Below, piece by piece: positions 48,465-51,389 of a DNA stretch of 51,389 nt (positions are counted from its first letter, which is position 1; the number at the start of each line of letters is the position of its first letter). This DNA comes from an uncultured Salinivenus sp. (lineage in GTDB: Bacteria; Bacteroidota; Rhodothermia; Rhodothermales; Salinibacteraceae). The notes beneath the pieces were generated by a model. It was not told the DNA's origin, made no database searches, and saw only the letters and a list, made by a program, of their open reading frames with translations. The position numbers and the translations under genes were made by a program. The DNA lies in contig CAYLMT010000001.1 of NCBI GenBank assembly GCA_964384855.1, positions 1 through 51,389 on the forward strand, in the 5' to 3' direction.

Positions 48465-48780
48465 GGTGGCGAAAAGAGGATTCACGAGACACCGCGCTGC
48501 AAGTATACAGAACGTCTGCCCCGAAACGCAACGAAGACAGTTTAGACGCTGTCCCTCCCATATTGCCGTTCCAAGAACCGCTCACCGCCTACGTTGCTCG
48601 GCTCAACCACACAGCAAAAACGGGCGCCGGCATGGGAGATGTATTCGAGTCCCACGGTTTCCCTGTGAAACCGGCCGTGATCCGCCCCTACCAGGGTTGC
48701 ATTCGTCCAAATTCACTGCCGATGTTGCACACATCGTTCTGCCCGGGCCCCTGACGTCCTCCTCATTGCCTCCCCGCCTC

Positions 48781-49209
48781 ATGTCCGTCATTGACTCCGA
48801 CGCCATTCAGTCTCAGGTCGCCCACCGACTCGACCCCCACGGCAGTGACGGTATTCAGGCGACGCTCTCCGGAGTCGTAGACCTGGACGCCCTGGAGGAA
48901 CGCCGCTACGACGAGGTGCTCAGCGCCGTCGACCAGCGCCTGACTCAGGCCCGGTACTCGCTGTTTTCTATGCTCGTGGCCGGCATTTACTTTGGATTAC
49001 TTGTGGGGTTATGGCTGGTCGACGGCTCGACCTGGGGCCGCATCGCTCTCTGGATCGGTCCCGTGCTTCTCGTGACGGTGTACGGCCTATACGCCACCCA
49101 CCAAACCATACGCCAGATCCGTCACCTGTCGGAGACCCGAGCCCTGCTTCGGTTGTTGATGAACGGATCGTCTGTTGATCGGGGACCGGATGCACCGCAC
49201 AAGCACTAA
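48781..49209 (+). CDS. Hypothetical membrane protein (two predicted TM helices)
   Basis: ATG 48781, acidic N-terminus, hydrophobic segments SLFSMLVAGIYFGLLVGLWLV and IALWIGPVLLVTVYGLYA. Confidence 0.65.
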   Translation: MSVIDSDAIQSQVAHRLDPHGSDGIQATLSGVVDLDALEERRYDEVLSAVDQRLTQARYSLFSMLVAGIYFGLLVGLWLVDGSTWGRIALWIGPVLLVTVYGLYATHQTIRQIRHLSETRALLRLLMNGSSVDRGPDAPHKH

Positions 49210-49292
49210 TCGAGCGGGGTGGTTCCAATATGGAGGGCTCCGCCGCTTTGTCCCCCGAGTCTGAAGCCTTTCTCGCGCATTCCGTTTGGTTG

Positions 49293-50699
49293 ATGTTCGA
49301 CCCTACCACCTATCGTTCGCGCCGTCGTGCCCTCGTGGAACAGGAGTGTCCAGAGTCGGGCCTCGTGTTGTTGCTCGGAAATCGGCGTTCCCCCCGCAAC
49401 TACGTCGACAATCCCCACCCCTTCCACCAGGACGGAACGTTTCTCTACTACTTTGGCCTCGACCGCCCCAATCTGTACGGCCTGATCGACCTCGACGAGG
49501 ACACCTCAACCCTGTACGGTGAAGACGCGACTCTAGATGATGTCATCTGGTCGGGCGAACAACCGACCCTTCAAGAAGATGCAGCTGCGGCCGGTGTCGA
49601 TACGGTTGCCCCCCCTTCTGCCCTCGAGTCCCGGCTCGCCCAGGCCCGCCATCAGGACCGCAAAATTCACTTCCTTCCGCCGTACCGTGACGAGCACCGG
49701 CTCCGCTTTGAGGCTCTGCTCGACATCCCCCACGATCAACTCGACGACGAAGTCTCAGAGCCCTTGATTCGGGCCGTGGTCCAGCAACGGTCGATCAAAA
49801 CCTCCGAGGAGGTGGCCGAGATCGAAACGGCCCTTGAGCGTACCGCTCGGATTCACGCCTGCGCCCAGCGGCATGCGGTGCCCGGCACCCCCGAGCGAGA
49901 AATCATGGGGGCTATGACCGGCCTCCTGACAGCTGAGGGGAGCACCTTTTCGTTCACACCAACGTGTTCGGTGCAAGGCGAGGTGCTGCACAACCACTCG
50001 TATTCAAATACGCTCGCAGAGGGCGACCTTCTCCTGGTGGACGCCGGGGCCACTTCTCCACGCCACTATGCCGGCGACATCACCCGCGTAGCACCGGTCG
50101 GCGGATCCTTCACGACCCGACAACAGGCCATCTACGAAGCCGTCCTATCGGCCGAGACCGCCGCCATTGACCGGCTCGCCCCCAACGTCCCTTTCATCGA
50201 GATCCACAAACACGCCGCCGAAACCCTCACCGAGCATCTGATCGACCTCGGGCTCATGCAGGGCAACGCCGAAGAAGCCGTCGCGGCGGGGGCCCACGCC
50301 CTCTTCTTTCCGCATGGCCTCGGGCATATGATGGGGCTCGACGTCCACGACATGGAAAGTCTGGGCGAGGATTTTGTCGGGTACGCCGAGGACCAGACCC
50401 GCCCGGAGCAGTTCGGGCTCCATACCCTGCGCCTCGCCCGCCCCCTGAAGCCCGGATTTGTGGCCACCGTGGAGCCGGGCTGCTACTTTATTCCTCCTCT
50501 CGTTAACCGTTGGCGGGAAGAGCAACGGCATGAACGATTTATCAACTATGATCAAGTGGAGGACTTCCTCGGGTTCGGTGGCATCCGCCTCGAGGATGAC
50601 GTGCTAATTACTGAGGAAGGAGCCCGCGTCCTGGGGCCCGACATTCCGAAAGCACCGGATGCGGTGGCCGCCCGGGCCGGCTCTTCCCACGACGATTGA
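49293..50699 (+). CDS. pepP: Xaa-Pro aminopeptidase (M24B)
   Basis: FHQDGTFLYYFG, LLVDAGA..YAGDITR, HGLGHMMGLDVHD, TVEPGCY and GGIRLEDDV metal-ligand motifs. Confidence 0.93.
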   Translation: MFDPTTYRSRRRALVEQECPESGLVLLLGNRRSPRNYVDNPHPFHQDGTFLYYFGLDRPNLYGLIDLDEDTSTLYGEDATLDDVIWSGEQPTLQEDAAAAGVDTVAPPSALESRLAQARHQDRKIHFLPPYRDEHRLRFEALLDIPHDQLDDEVSEPLIRAVVQQRSIKTSEEVAEIETALERTARIHACAQRHAVPGTPEREIMGAMTGLLTAEGSTFSFTPTCSVQGEVLHNHSYSNTLAEGDLLLVDAGATSPRHYAGDITRVAPVGGSFTTRQQAIYEAVLSAETAAIDRLAPNVPFIEIHKHAAETLTEHLIDLGLMQGNAEEAVAAGAHALFFPHGLGHMMGLDVHDMESLGEDFVGYAEDQTRPEQFGLHTLRLARPLKPGFVATVEPGCYFIPPLVNRWREEQRHERFINYDQVEDFLGFGGIRLEDDVLITEEGARVLGPDIPKAPDAVAARAGSSHDD

Positions 50700-51037
50700 A
50701 CGCTCGCCTGCAGTCAAAATCTGGCAGAACCCATTTGCTAGATGACTGCGAAGGCGAGACATCGAGAGCGAGGTCCTCGTGGAGCACTCAAGAGAATCCT
50801 GTAGCGGAGGGCCCTGAATGAAGTGAAGGAGTATGCTCAAAGTGCTATCCGGCGAGGGCCAAAACTTCGCGGTACGAGACCCACGAAGTCGCAGGTCCTA
50901 AGCCGCCAAACAGTTTCGCAGGGTCTTAGACCAAGAAAAACTTGGTGAACGATTGTCCGGGTCAGACGTAGGTACAGGTAGAGGTTTTGTGAACGCTTGA
51001 ACGTGAGCGCACTCTACTCCAAAATCCCGAGACTGCC

Positions 51038-51389
51038 GTGCGTTGGATTGTCCTCCTGTGCCTTTTGTCGTTCGGACTAACGGCGTGCAGTTCCTCCCAG
51101 CCGTCATCCACCGAGGCCTCGTCGGGGGTTTCGTCAAGCGAGATTGACCTGAGCGAACTGTCCGAGCCCGTTGACGGGCTGTCCGCCTATGAGGTGATCA
51201 GCCGGTATAATTCGAACTGGCTCAAGAAACGAGGCCCCACGAGTTTCAACAACCCCAATCCCATCAACGTGTACCTCGACAATACGGGCTCCCCGTACGG
51301 AACGATCGAGGTCCTCCGCGACATTCGGGCGGCGAACGTTGCCTCTATCCGACACTTTGACGCCAGCGAGGCGCAGTTTAAGTTTGGCG
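51038..51389 (+). CDS. Lipoprotein with a TonB-dependent-receptor plug-like domain (truncated by the right edge)
   Basis: GTG 51038 gives MRWIVLLCLLSFGLTA-CSSSQ...SAYEVISRYNSNWL..PINVYLDN..LRDIRAANVASIRHFDASEAQFKFG, open to the window end. The L..I....V.SI......A..FG pattern is plug-like. Not in the ORF track. Confidence 0.75.
   Translation, partial: MRWIVLLCLLSFGLTACSSSQPSSTEASSGVSSSEIDLSELSEPVDGLSAYEVISRYNSNWLKKRGPTSFNNPNPINVYLDNTGSPYGTIEVLRDIRAANVASIRHFDASEAQFKFG

Noticed and set aside
50759-51037. Possible hammerhead ribozyme core (CTGAATGA) or IS remnant
   Set aside because: It does not fit CUGANGA..GAAA with flanking stems. I recognised no transposase-like translation or terminal repeats.

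Overview
GC-rich, gene-dense core-chromosome segment whose proteins are strongly Asp/Glu-rich. It is most consistent with an extremely halophilic Rhodothermota bacterium such as Salinibacter. That assignment is an inference from the acidic proteome, Bacteroidota-like gene order and a GlnRS-YqeY fusion. Contents from left to right: the 5' end of tuf, an SLC13/TrkA-C permease, an Ig-like (Big_1) lipoprotein, SMC-kleisin scpA and galE; then the minus-strand translation cluster prfB (+1 programmed frameshift) - rimP - nusA - infB - rbfA - truB - ribF - rpsO - pnp; an aminotransferase/aldehyde dehydrogenase divergon, small hypotheticals, a DUF434-like protein, an ACT-malic enzyme and cmk-rpsA; a TrmH methylase and the methylmalonyl-CoA mutase cluster (mutA-mutB-meaB); convergent glnS(-YqeY)/gltX; three SurA/parvulin-type genes plus moxR; then fpr, fxsA, a tandem-TerB protein, pepP and a truncated TonB-plug-like lipoprotein. 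I found no tRNA, rRNA, CRISPR array, transposase, prophage or defence system, and I cannot support a multi-gene novel system. The best leads are candidate structured RNAs (fpr leader, rimP double-terminator leader, rpsO leader, two orphan stem elements), an S1 protein with an extra C-terminal HhH module, charge-blocked extensions on IF2/NusA/S1, and pyrimidine-rich, SD-less start regions. All RNA pairings were derived by eye, not computed. Several start codons were re-chosen downstream of the supplied ORF starts.
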